A stretch of DNA of 32,000 nucleotides from Nostoc punctiforme PCC 73102 (GTDB taxonomy: Bacteria; Cyanobacteriota; Cyanobacteriia; Cyanobacteriales; Nostocaceae): assembly GCF_000020025.1 (NCBI RefSeq), contig NC_010628.1, forward strand, positions 7,470,001 through 7,502,000, written 5' to 3'. This document shows positions 8,039 to 16,250 of this stretch, in pieces. Both the position numbers and the translations under genes were made by a program. Position 1 is the first letter of the stretch; the number at the start of each line of letters is the position of its first letter. The notes under the pieces were generated by a model. It saw only the letters and a list, made by a program, of their open reading frames with translations, did no database searches and was not told the DNA's origin.

Positions 8039-9343
8039 ATGACTGAACTGCTGCAAAAAGTACGGGTAATTGACCCAGTTTCTGAAATCGACGAAATCTT
8101 TGATGTGCTGATTGCTGATGGTCATATCAAAGAAGTAGCTTCGCACATTGCTGATATTCATCCCAATACTCAAATTAGAGATTGTCAGGGATTAGTTCTC
8201 GGTCCTGGGTTAGTGGATTTGTACAGCCACTCCGGTGAACCAGGATTTGAAGAACGGGAAACCCTGTTGTCTTTTTTACAAGCTGCTACTGCTGGCGGCT
8301 TTACCAGAGTTAGCATCTTACCCGATACATCCCCAGCTATTGATAACCCTGCACTTGTGGCACAGTTGCAGCAGAAGAGGGCAGAGGGGCAGAGGGGCAG
8401 AGGGGTAGAAGAGAATTTGTCTCCCTTGCTCCCCTGCTCCCCTGCTCCCCTGCTTCATATCTGGGGTGCTATCACCCTAGATGTTGCTGGAAACCAAATG
8501 ACAGAATTAGCAGATTTAGCGTCTGCTGGAGTTGTTGGTTTTAGCGATGGTAAGCCCTTTGAAAATTTGGCGCTGGTGCGGCGAGTGTTAGAGTATCTCC
8601 AGCCTTTGGGCAAACCAGTCGCATTTTGGCCTAGCGATCGCCAGTTAACTGCAAATGGTGTAATGAGAGAAGGGCCAGATGCACTCCGTTTCGGTTTACC
8701 CCCAATACCCGCCAGCGCAGAAACTACTGCGATCGCAGCAATGCTTGAATTGGTTGCAGCCATCGGTACACCAGTCCATATCATGCGCGTCTCCACATCT
8801 CGCAGCGTGGAATTAATCGCCTCAGCCAAGGCTGCTGGTTTACCCATCACCGCCAGCACCACCTGGATGCACCTTTTACTTGATACAAAAGCAGTTAAGA
8901 GTTATCACACTAGCTTGCATTTAGACCCGCCTTTAGGAAATCCGCGTGATGTTGCGGCGTTACGTGCAGGGGTACGTGCGGGTGCGATCGATGCGATCGC
9001 TATCGATCACACACCCTACAGCTACGAAGAAAAAGTCCAAGCCTTTGCCGAAGCCCCTCCAGGAGCGATTGGTTTAGAATTAGCATTACCTTTGCTGTGG
9101 CAATATCTCGTTGAAACTGAGGAATTTACAGCTTTAGAATTATGGCGGGCATTAAGTATCCGTCCAGCAAAATGTTTGGGGCAAGAAGTTAGTGCAATCG
9201 TACCTCATCAACCAGCAGAACTTACTTTATTTGACCCCCAGAAAATCTGGAATGTTGAACGAAAAAGTCTTTATACACTTTCACAAAATACACCTTGGTT
9301 AGGACAACAGTTGAAGGGTCATGTTGTGCAAACCTGGTGTTAA
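8039..9343 (+). CDS. dihydroorotase-like amidohydrolase (class I PyrC-like, with substituted metal-ligand positions)
   Basis: 434 aa with the overall PyrC pattern: PGLVDLYSHSGEPG (canonical D-x-H-x-H-x-R-E-P-G), VVGFSDGKP, and AIDAIAIDHTPYSYEEK (canonical DHAPH..EEK). Confidence 0.82.
   Translation: MTELLQKVRVIDPVSEIDEIFDVLIADGHIKEVASHIADIHPNTQIRDCQGLVLGPGLVDLYSHSGEPGFEERETLLSFLQAATAGGFTRVSILPDTSPAIDNPALVAQLQQKRAEGQRGRGVEENLSPLLPCSPAPLLHIWGAITLDVAGNQMTELADLASAGVVGFSDGKPFENLALVRRVLEYLQPLGKPVAFWPSDRQLTANGVMREGPDALRFGLPPIPASAETTAIAAMLELVAAIGTPVHIMRVSTSRSVELIASAKAAGLPITASTTWMHLLLDTKAVKSYHTSLHLDPPLGNPRDVAALRAGVRAGAIDAIAIDHTPYSYEEKVQAFAEAPPGAIGLELALPLLWQYLVETEEFTALELWRALSIRPAKCLGQEVSAIVPHQPAELTLFDPQKIWNVERKSLYTLSQNTPWLGQQLKGHVVQTWC
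8371..8455. repeat. intragenic, in-frame octamer-repeat quasi-palindrome inside the pyrC-like CDS
   Basis: GCAGAGGG x3 at 8381-8404 with degenerate flanks, then a 16-nt spacer, then CTCCCCTG x3 at 8429-8452 with a degenerate copy at 8421-8428. It encodes RAEGQRGRGVEENLSPLLPCSPAPLL. Confidence 0.85.
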
Positions 9344-9741
9344 ACTTCTCTACCGCCTGTATGTGAAGAAGTCAGCGTCAATAAATAGCCATCCGGCCCA
9401 GTTAAGGTAAATGAACTGTGGATTCTGCCTGTTTCGATTTCAGAAACAGTCAGTCCCCACTTTTTAAAAGTATCTCTGGTGGCGACAACATCATCTACCA
9501 TCAGATCAAAAGGTGAATTCATTCCAGGTGCGATCGCCTCTGAACTTGTTCTCAGAACTAAGTGCGTTCCTCCCCGTAATTCCAAAACAGCTAATTGTTC
9601 TGATTGGGTAATCAGCCGCAGTCCTATCTTGACGAAAAAATCGCTAGCCTCCGGTACATTACTCACATATAATCTTACATGCCCAATCGCCACAGGTGGG
9701 CGGGAATCCGTTTCTTTGACAATAGTTTCTGGTAGTGACAT
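9340..9741 (-). CDS. VOC (glyoxalase/bleomycin-resistance/dioxygenase) family protein
   Basis: 133 aa with IGHVRLYVSNVPEASDFFVKIGL and a later GTHLVL...DLMVDD pattern typical of the VOC fold. The start lies 19 nt downstream of the acetolactate decarboxylase stop, so it is probably co-transcribed. Confidence 0.62.
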   Translation of the reverse strand: MSLPETIVKETDSRPPVAIGHVRLYVSNVPEASDFFVKIGLRLITQSEQLAVLELRGGTHLVLRTSSEAIAPGMNSPFDLMVDDVVATRDTFKKWGLTVSEIETGRIHSSFTLTGPDGYLLTLTSSHTGGREV

Positions 9742-9760
9742 AGCTTTTATTCAAAAATAT

Positions 9761-10558
9761 TTACTTAGGTTCAAATCTGTTGACTTCAGCTGGTTTGCCA
9801 TCTTCCAAATCAGCTTGGACAAATTCAGCAGTCTTAGGCAAATTTATCTCAACGTTTAATAGAGGATCAATTTCTATTTTAGCATTTTGGAATTGTCCAT
9901 CTAAAATATGCCCTCCAGTTGTGTGATTTGCAGCGATGAAATGAAAGTGATAGCCATTAACATTTACTCCTTGCATATATTCGGGTGTCCGAAAACCGAC
10001 TAAAGTTCCATTGATATTCCTTAATTCAAAAATTGATTGTCCTTTTAATGCTTCAGCTAAAGAACGATAAGGCGGAGTTTGTTTAGGAGGAATTCTAAAT
10101 TTCACATAAGGAAAATTACCTTGGATACGAATAGCATAAGGATAATTTTTAGTTGGTAAGCGCCGATCTAAAGATTGCTGCAATTGTTTATAATTCATCC
10201 GCCCTTCTAGATTAATTAATGTTTCTGGTTGAAAAAAGGTGACTGTAGCAAAAGGGCTTGTCATCGAATCAGGAATAACAGAAGCAACCCCATCAGCTTT
10301 TATCTGGTAAAATTTGCCATCTAATCCAACCATTTCTCCATCCAGAGCATTTACTGTCCCCAAACCAAAATTACCGTGTTTTCTCAACTGCTTAAAATTA
10401 GTATTGCCGTCAAAAATTCCCACTGCAAGAGCGCTAATTGTTGATGTTTGAAATAGGGTATTTGATGACGTATATTGCTGAGTTCTAGCGGGTAAAATAG
10501 CAAATAATAGTGCAGTAATGGTTAAAATAGTTATCCAGAAATAACGCTTGAGTTTCAT
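9761..10558 (-). CDS. budA: alpha-acetolactate decarboxylase with an N-terminal signal/TM segment
   Basis: FQTSTISALAVGIFDG...GNFGLGTVNALDGEMVGLDGKFYQ and a GYHFHF zinc-ligand region match the ALDC family signature. The N-terminus MKLKRYFWITILTITALLFAIL is hydrophobic. Confidence 0.86.
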   Translation of the reverse strand: MKLKRYFWITILTITALLFAILPARTQQYTSSNTLFQTSTISALAVGIFDGNTNFKQLRKHGNFGLGTVNALDGEMVGLDGKFYQIKADGVASVIPDSMTSPFATVTFFQPETLINLEGRMNYKQLQQSLDRRLPTKNYPYAIRIQGNFPYVKFRIPPKQTPPYRSLAEALKGQSIFELRNINGTLVGFRTPEYMQGVNVNGYHFHFIAANHTTGGHILDGQFQNAKIEIDPLLNVEINLPKTAEFVQADLEDGKPAEVNRFEPK

Positions 10559-10946
10559 CGGGTCAAAGATATAAAAGTTTTGAATTTAGAATTTCCTCAT
10601 CCTACCTAGCGAAATCTAGAGACACTTGGAGAGCAGCTAGTCATACAGCCATGTAGGAGGCGGAGATTTACAGCGACTAGCTTACAACACAGCAATAGAT
10701 GTAAGCATTGATGCAACAAATCTTTTTGCAAGGTGCTTGATTATTCTGGCTGTCTGTGATAATTTTCTTCTTACGTTCTAAAAATACTGTAAACCTATTG
10801 TGTTGCCGTAGTTTGTAAAATTTCGTTAATCTAGTTACAGGGATTTGGAATTAAGAAGAAATAACTAATCTATCGAGTTTATCTATTGCAGACAGTACAT
10901 TGCGAACCAACAAACTAGAAATTAATCTCTAAGCCAGGGCAACCTT

Positions 10947-11894
10947 ATGAGCAAAATACGTGCTGTGATTGTTGACCCCAATGTGCCGGGGCGTTTGGCA
11001 CTGAGTGAAGTGAATGCACCAAAGCCTGCCCCAGATGAAGCTCTAGTCAGGGTGGCGGCGATTTCTCTCAATCGGGGAGAAATAAAACGTTCAACCACTG
11101 CTGAGGCTGGTTGGCAGCCTGGTTGGGACTTGGCAGGTGTAGTGGAAATCCCTGCGGCTGATGAGTCTGGGCCTCCCCAAGGAGCGCGTGTAGTTGGCTT
11201 ACGCCGCGCTGGTGCTTGGGCGGAACTTGTATCTGTTCCTACTAACGCCTTAGCAGAACTGACGCCATCGGTATCTTTTGCTCAAGCTGCCACCCTGCCT
11301 GTAGCGGGTTTAACCGCGTATCATGCAGTACTAAAAGGTGGTTCACTGTTAGGTCGTCCAGTTCTGGTTACAGGCGCATCAGGAGGCGTTGGTTACTTTG
11401 CTATCCAATTGGCGCAACTATCAGGGGCGCAAGTAACAGCACATATTCGTCAAGCTGGATATGAAACTTTGGTTAGAGAAGCAGGGGCACAATCGGTAGT
11501 GATTGGCGAAGACCTTTCACCTGCTAGTGAGTATGGCCCCTATCATCTAATTATAGAGTCAGTGGGTGGTAAGACTTTGGGGGTAGCCCTTGGCTTACTA
11601 GCGCAAGATGGAAAAACTGTGCTGTATGGAGTATCTGGGGGAGCAGAAGTGACATTCAACGCTGCCCAATTTTTCGGGACTGGTAGCGTGAGCCTGTATG
11701 GTTTACGTCTGTTCGATGAATTGAGATTTGAATCAGCCGCAGTCGGTCTAAAACGGCTTTTGAGTCTAGTAGAAGTCGGTCAGTTGCATCCTCACATTGA
11801 TTTAGAAGCTTCTTGGACACAAATAGCTGATGTAGCCCAACAACTACTCGACAGGCGTTTTCCTGGTAAGGCTGTGTTGCACATTTCCAACTGA
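10947..11894 (+). CDS. MDR-superfamily zinc-binding dehydrogenase / NADPH:quinone reductase-like protein
   Basis: 315 aa with a Rossmann motif VTGASGGVGYFAIQLA, an N-terminal GroES-like segment, and the C-terminal GKAVL typical of quinone-oxidoreductase-like MDRs. Confidence 0.8.
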   Translation: MSKIRAVIVDPNVPGRLALSEVNAPKPAPDEALVRVAAISLNRGEIKRSTTAEAGWQPGWDLAGVVEIPAADESGPPQGARVVGLRRAGAWAELVSVPTNALAELTPSVSFAQAATLPVAGLTAYHAVLKGGSLLGRPVLVTGASGGVGYFAIQLAQLSGAQVTAHIRQAGYETLVREAGAQSVVIGEDLSPASEYGPYHLIIESVGGKTLGVALGLLAQDGKTVLYGVSGGAEVTFNAAQFFGTGSVSLYGLRLFDELRFESAAVGLKRLLSLVEVGQLHPHIDLEASWTQIADVAQQLLDRRFPGKAVLHISN

Positions 11895-11996
11895 AGTATT
11901 ACCGAATAATTCGTAATTAATTCTATTTTTATGTACTCATTTATGGATAGAGACTAATTTTCTTTCTTGCTGCAATCAAGCAGATTTATCAGTGGG

Positions 11997-12349
11997 GTGA
12001 TAATTACGAATTATGCTGATTTCTGGTTCAAATTAGATCGGCTTGTAGCTGCTAGTCAGATCGAGATAGATCGCCAAAAAGGGACATCACATCCAGTTAT
12101 CCATCTTTTGTTTATCCACTAGATTATGGATACTTACAAGATACTCAATCTGGAGATGGAAATGATATTGATGTTTGGATAGGTAGTTTGCCTATTCAAA
12201 CAGTAACTGCTGTGATTTGTAGTGTTGATTTGGAAAAGCGAGATACAGAAATCAAGATACTTCTGGGTTGTACATCTGAGGAAAGCCAAGCCATCTTGGA
12301 TATCCACAATACAGGTTCTCAATCGGCAATATTATTGGTTCGTAAATAA
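11997..12349 (+). pseudogene. frameshifted small inorganic-pyrophosphatase-like gene
   Basis: Frame 0 from GTG 11997 reads MIITNYADFWFKLDRLVAASQIEIDRQKGTSHP and then hits a stop at about 12120. Frame +2 from about 12095 reads SYPSFVYPLDYGYLQDTQSGDGNDIDVWIGSLP...LLVRK*, ending at 12349. The D-Y-G-[FY]-x-x-x-T-x-x-x-D-G-D-x-x-D-V pattern is PPase-like. Restoring one base after cat-cca (about 12095) would give HP-R-YPSF. Confidence 0.55.
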
Positions 12350-12378
12350 ATTAGTTACATTTGTGAGGGTAAATTTCT

Positions 12379-13179
12379 ATGAGTTTAGAACTAAAACTAT
12401 TAGGTAAAACCGCTATTGTTACAGGAGGAAGTGCAGGAATTGGATTAGCTACCGCCAAAGCACTTTATAGTGAAGGTGTAAATGTTGCGATCGCAGCCCG
12501 CAATCAAGAAAGACTAGAAAATGCAGTAGCTGCCATCCAGTCCCTACCAACTTCTGGTGCTAAAGTTATTGCCATCAGCGCCGATCTGACTAAAGCAGAG
12601 GATGTTGAAAAAGTTGTCTCCACAACATTAGCCCAATTTAATCAGATTGATATCTTGATTAACAATGCAGGTTCAGCCCGTGCTGGGTCTTTCCTCGAAT
12701 CCACTGATGATTTATTTTTGGATGCTTGGAACTTAAAATTATTGGGCTATATCCGCTTGGTTAGAGCCGTTGTCCCCCATCAAAAAAGTCGCGGTGATGG
12801 ACGGATTGTCAATATAGTTGGCGGTGCAGGACGTACACCTCGCCCTAACTTCCTAGCTGGTGGTACAAGCAATGCTGCTTTGTTGAACTTCACAAAGGGC
12901 ATTTCTAAAGAGCTAGCCGAGTACAAGATTCGCATTAATGCCATATCGCCTGGTGCTACAGCTACTGAGCGTGCCGAGACTTTAGCTCTACAAAACGCCC
13001 AAGCGCAAGGCATTACCGTCGAGCAAGTGAAGGCACAAAACATCCAAAGTATTCCTTTAAAAAGAATCGCCCAACCAGAAGAAATTGCCGCGCTGGCGCT
13101 ATTTTTGGTGTCGGATCTAGCTGCATCGATTACAGGTACAGAGATTATCGTTGATGGCGGTTCTACTCCTGGTATTTAG
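12379..13179 (+). CDS. SDR-family oxidoreductase
   Basis: TGGSAGIGLATAK (TGxxxGxG), NNAG, and a C-terminal PEEIAALALFLVSD...TG pattern typical of classical short-chain dehydrogenases. Confidence 0.88.
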   Translation: MSLELKLLGKTAIVTGGSAGIGLATAKALYSEGVNVAIAARNQERLENAVAAIQSLPTSGAKVIAISADLTKAEDVEKVVSTTLAQFNQIDILINNAGSARAGSFLESTDDLFLDAWNLKLLGYIRLVRAVVPHQKSRGDGRIVNIVGGAGRTPRPNFLAGGTSNAALLNFTKGISKELAEYKIRINAISPGATATERAETLALQNAQAQGITVEQVKAQNIQSIPLKRIAQPEEIAALALFLVSDLAASITGTEIIVDGGSTPGI

Positions 13180-13287
13180 CAGATGAAAAGAATTAGAAAT
13201 CAGCAGATTTTTCCTTCAATCCAAAATTGAATGACTGCTGACGACCTAAGAGGATATTTGAAAAGTCCTCTTGTCGGTATCAAAAAT

Positions 13288-13372
13288 TTTAGATCCCCCT
13301 AAATCCCCCTTCAAAAGGGGGGACTTTGATTCCGGTTCCTCCTTTTTTAAGGGGGGTTAGGGGGGATCTAAA
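13288..13372. repeat. MITE-like inverted repeat (TTTAGATCCCCCTAA ... TTAGGGGGGATCTAAA)
   Basis: The terminal arms are complementary, and the interior has C-run/G-run pairs (tcccccttcaaaagggggga; ccttttttaagggggg). Confidence 0.75.
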
Positions 13373-13458
13373 GTGCCTAAAATCACAGCGAAACACTTTT
13401 CAAACAACCTCTGAGTAAAAACATTGGCCCTTTCAAGATGACTTGTAAAAGCTGTTTT

Positions 13459-13533
13459 TTCTCTCTGCGCTCTCTGCGTCTCTGCGGTTAAAAAATCTTT
13501 TCTTTAACCACAGAGGCACAGAGAACACAGAGT
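13459..13533. repeat. inverted repeat of the CTCTGCG...CCACAGAG family
   Basis: ctctgcgtctctgcggttaaa pairs with tttaaccacagaggcacagag. A related half-copy ctctgtgccctctgcgcctctgtggtt lies at 734-760, upstream of the SNF2 gene. Confidence 0.7.
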
Positions 13534-13623
13534 TAAGAGGTTAAAGAGGAGTTTCTTGTAGGCAAATTTTCACCCAACTTGAAAAGGCTAGTCCCAAACA
13601 TAAATTTATTGGAGATAAAAATC

Positions 13624-14538
13624 ATGGGTTCTCAATACTTTGATATCAAACCAGTTGCAGGACGTATCGGTGCTGAAATTATTGGCGTTAATCTGAGTTC
13701 TAATCTTAGCGACGATATCATCAGTGATATTCGTAAGACTCTTGTCAAACACAAAGTGATCTTTTTCCGCGATCAGCAACAACTTGATGCTGATGGACAG
13801 GTTGCTTTCGCTCGTCGTTTTGGTGAAGTCACTACAGCCCACCCTACCGTACCATCGCTGCCAGAAAATCCTGAAGTCTTAGACCTGAATTATGGGCGCA
13901 CTACTTCCCGCGCCAATAGCTGGCATACAGATGTAACATTTGTAGACCGTCCTCCTCTTGGCTCTATTTTACGAGCGCTTGACATTCCGCCAACTGGAGG
14001 CGATACAATTTGGGCAAACTCCGTAACTGCATATCAAGATTTACCTATCCATCTGCGTAATCTTGCAGACCAACTTTGGGCAGTACATAGCAACAAATAC
14101 GATTATGCTACTGCATTTGACCTTCCTGAATATGCCAAGGCTTACCGAGCTGTCTTCACCTCGACTGTATACGAGACTCTGCACCCAGTTGTACGCGTCC
14201 ATCCAGAATCTGGGGAGCGTGGGCTATTCATCGGCGGATTTGTGCGCCAGTTCCGTGGCTTATCAACAACTGAATCAGATGATATTCTGCGGCTGTTGCA
14301 AGCATATATCACACGTCCTGAGAATACAGTTCGGTGGCGTTGGCAAGTTGGTGACGTAGCCTTTTGGGACAATCGGGCTACTCAACATTATGCGATCGCA
14401 GATTACGGCGACCAGCCCCGCCACGTTCAACGAGTCACAATTGTCGGCGACCTCCCCGTTGGTATCGATGGGAAACAAAGTGAGGCCATCAAAGGAGACG
14501 CTTCTGAGTACAACCGACGTGAGGCGGTGACTGCGTAA
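13624..14538 (+). CDS. tauD: TauD/TfdA-family Fe(II)/2-oxoglutarate-dependent (taurine-type) dioxygenase
   Basis: WHTDVTFVDRPPLGSILRALDIPPTGGDTIWAN (H-x-D facial-triad context) and the C-terminal WDNRATQHYA. The ATG at 13624 follows ggagataaaaatc. The listed TTG at 13579 adds 15 unlikely residues. Confidence 0.87.
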   Translation: MGSQYFDIKPVAGRIGAEIIGVNLSSNLSDDIISDIRKTLVKHKVIFFRDQQQLDADGQVAFARRFGEVTTAHPTVPSLPENPEVLDLNYGRTTSRANSWHTDVTFVDRPPLGSILRALDIPPTGGDTIWANSVTAYQDLPIHLRNLADQLWAVHSNKYDYATAFDLPEYAKAYRAVFTSTVYETLHPVVRVHPESGERGLFIGGFVRQFRGLSTTESDDILRLLQAYITRPENTVRWRWQVGDVAFWDNRATQHYAIADYGDQPRHVQRVTIVGDLPVGIDGKQSEAIKGDASEYNRREAVTA

Positions 14539-14550
14539 TACTTGGGCATG

Positions 14551-14591
14551 GGGCATTGGGCATGGGATGTTGCCCAATGCCCTCGGTTTTT
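14551..14591 (+). terminator. rho-independent terminator after tauD
   Basis: 12-bp perfect stem gggcattgggca (14551-14562) / tgcccaatgccc (14571-14582), an 8-nt loop, then tcggttttt. Confidence 0.78.
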
Positions 14592-14702
14592 CAGCAGCCG
14601 AATTGCTTGCTGTCCCAGGAGTGTTTAAGTCTAATAACTAAGATTTTCTTGTTCCAAACAAGAGAACGAAAAAAGCATGAGTACGCCGTCGCAAATAGAA
14701 AC

Positions 14703-16082
14703 ATGAGTACGAAAAAACAACTTAAACTTGGAGCATTTTTACCCGGTAGTGGTCATCACGTTGCAGCATGGCGACATCCCAACACGCCGGCTGATGGAGG
14801 TCTAAACTTCCAACATTACAAGCAGCTGGCACAAACAGCTGAACGGGGAAAATTTGATATGCTTTTCCTCGCAGATGGTTTAGCCGTTTGGGATCGAGGG
14901 CAAGGGACTGAGGCTTTTAGCCGTTCGGGACAATTCAGCGTCCACTTTGAACCTTTAACCTTATTGTCGGCTCTGTCTGCGGTGACAGAAAATATCGGAT
15001 TGGTGGCAACATCATCAACGACTTATGATGAACCTTATCATCTCGCCCGCAAGTTTGCCTCGCTAGATTATCTCAGCGGTGGTCGTGCCGGATGGAATCT
15101 TGTAACCTCTGCTGCTGAAGCCGCAGCGCAGAATTTCAGCCAAGAAAACCACCTAGAACACTCGCTGCGCTATGAACGGGCGAGGGAATTTGTGGATGTT
15201 GTCACCAAACTTTGGGACAGTTGGGAAGACGATGCTTTTCTCCACGATAAGGAGTCAGGTATTTACTTCGATGCAGAAAAATTGCATATTCCTCACCATA
15301 AGGGTAAATATTTCTCGGTGCGCGGCCCGCTCAATGTGGCGCGTCCACCGCAGGGATATCCAGTAATCGTACAAGCTGGATCTTCCGAGCCTGGACAGGA
15401 TTTAGCTGCCCAAACAGCAGAGGTGATTTTCACTGCACAACAGACATTGCCAGAAGCTCAAGCCTTCTACGCCATCGTCAAGGGGAGATTGGCTCAATAC
15501 GGACGCTCCCCTGACCATCTCAAAATCATGCCAGGGGTATTCCCAGTAATTGGTAAGACTGAGCAAGAAGCTAAGGATAAATATGAGCAACTTCAGGAGT
15601 TGATCCATCCCCTGGTAGGATTAGGGCTACTTTCTGGGCTAGTGGGTGGCCATGATTTGTCCAAGTATCCCCTAGATGGGCCGCTGCCGGATCTGCCAGA
15701 TACTAACGGTGGCAAAAGCCGCTTACAGCTCATAACCGATCTTGCCCGCAGAGAGAACTTAACAATCCGACAACTGTATTTGTGGATTGCAGGAGCGCGG
15801 GGACATCGAACGATTCTCGGAACACCAGAACACATTGCCGATCAGTTAGAAGATTGGTTCGTCAATGGTGGGGCTGATGGATTTAACATTATGCCACCGT
15901 GGCTACCTGGGGGTTTGGAGGAATTCGTAGACTTAGTAATTCCCGAACTGCAACGCCGAGGAATATTTCGTACTGAGTATGAAGGCAGTACCCTGCGCGA
16001 AAATCTCGGTTTACCCCGTCCAGTAAACCAGTTCACCACAAATACTGCTCCTGAACCTGTGAGTGTCGGTTCCTTTGCATAG
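14703..16082 (+). CDS. LLM-class flavin-dependent monooxygenase (NtaA/SnaA/DszA-type)
   Basis: From ATG 14703 the protein begins MSTKKQLKLGAFLPGSGHHVAAWRHP, the characteristic N-terminus of this family, and is about 459 aa. The listed 14556 start would run through the tauD terminator hairpin. Confidence 0.87.
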   Translation: MSTKKQLKLGAFLPGSGHHVAAWRHPNTPADGGLNFQHYKQLAQTAERGKFDMLFLADGLAVWDRGQGTEAFSRSGQFSVHFEPLTLLSALSAVTENIGLVATSSTTYDEPYHLARKFASLDYLSGGRAGWNLVTSAAEAAAQNFSQENHLEHSLRYERAREFVDVVTKLWDSWEDDAFLHDKESGIYFDAEKLHIPHHKGKYFSVRGPLNVARPPQGYPVIVQAGSSEPGQDLAAQTAEVIFTAQQTLPEAQAFYAIVKGRLAQYGRSPDHLKIMPGVFPVIGKTEQEAKDKYEQLQELIHPLVGLGLLSGLVGGHDLSKYPLDGPLPDLPDTNGGKSRLQLITDLARRENLTIRQLYLWIAGARGHRTILGTPEHIADQLEDWFVNGGADGFNIMPPWLPGGLEEFVDLVIPELQRRGIFRTEYEGSTLRENLGLPRPVNQFTTNTAPEPVSVGSFA

Positions 16083-16092
16083 CTTTGATCAA

Positions 16093-16250
16093 GGAAGGCA
16101 GGAGGCAGAGGGCAGGAGGCAGGAGGAAAACTGCCCGACGCTCTCTACTAGACGCTGCGCGAACGCAGACTAGCTTGCCGCCGGCGCTATCAGTAGGGGT
16201 CGAATCCCCTACTAATTTACTCCTTCTGCCTCCTGCCTCCTGCCTCCTTC
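16093..16250. repeat. ~158-bp element with heptamer-repeat terminal inverted arms (GGCAGGA)n ... (TCCTGCC)n
   Basis: The left arm gaaggcaggaggcagagggcaggaggcaggagg (16093-16126) is near-complementary to the right arm ctccttctgcctcctgcctcctgcctccttc (16220-16250). Internal hairpins are ctgcg-cgaa-cgcag and gtagggg-tcgaat-cccctac (16193-16212). Confidence 0.8.

Noticed and set aside
9340-9343. Convergent pyrC-like and VOC genes share overlapping stop codons in TTAA
   Set aside because: The overlap is real but is a trivial 4-nt one. It implies nothing beyond the absence of an intergenic terminator.
9479-9859. 126-aa plus-strand ORF overlapping the VOC gene and the end of the ALDC gene
   Set aside because: It is antisense to two genes that have family motifs, and it spans their intergenic gap. 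It is a shadow ORF.
14556-14702. Listed longer start for the monooxygenase (508 aa)
   Set aside because: The extra 49 codons begin inside the tauD terminator hairpin and encode MGMGCCPMP..., which is not family-like. The family N-terminus begins at ATG 14703.
16193-16212. T-arm-like hairpin that might indicate a tRNA gene
   Set aside because: The loop is 6 nt (TCGAAT) rather than 7. No acceptor, D or anticodon arms can be drawn around it, and it sits inside a repeat element.
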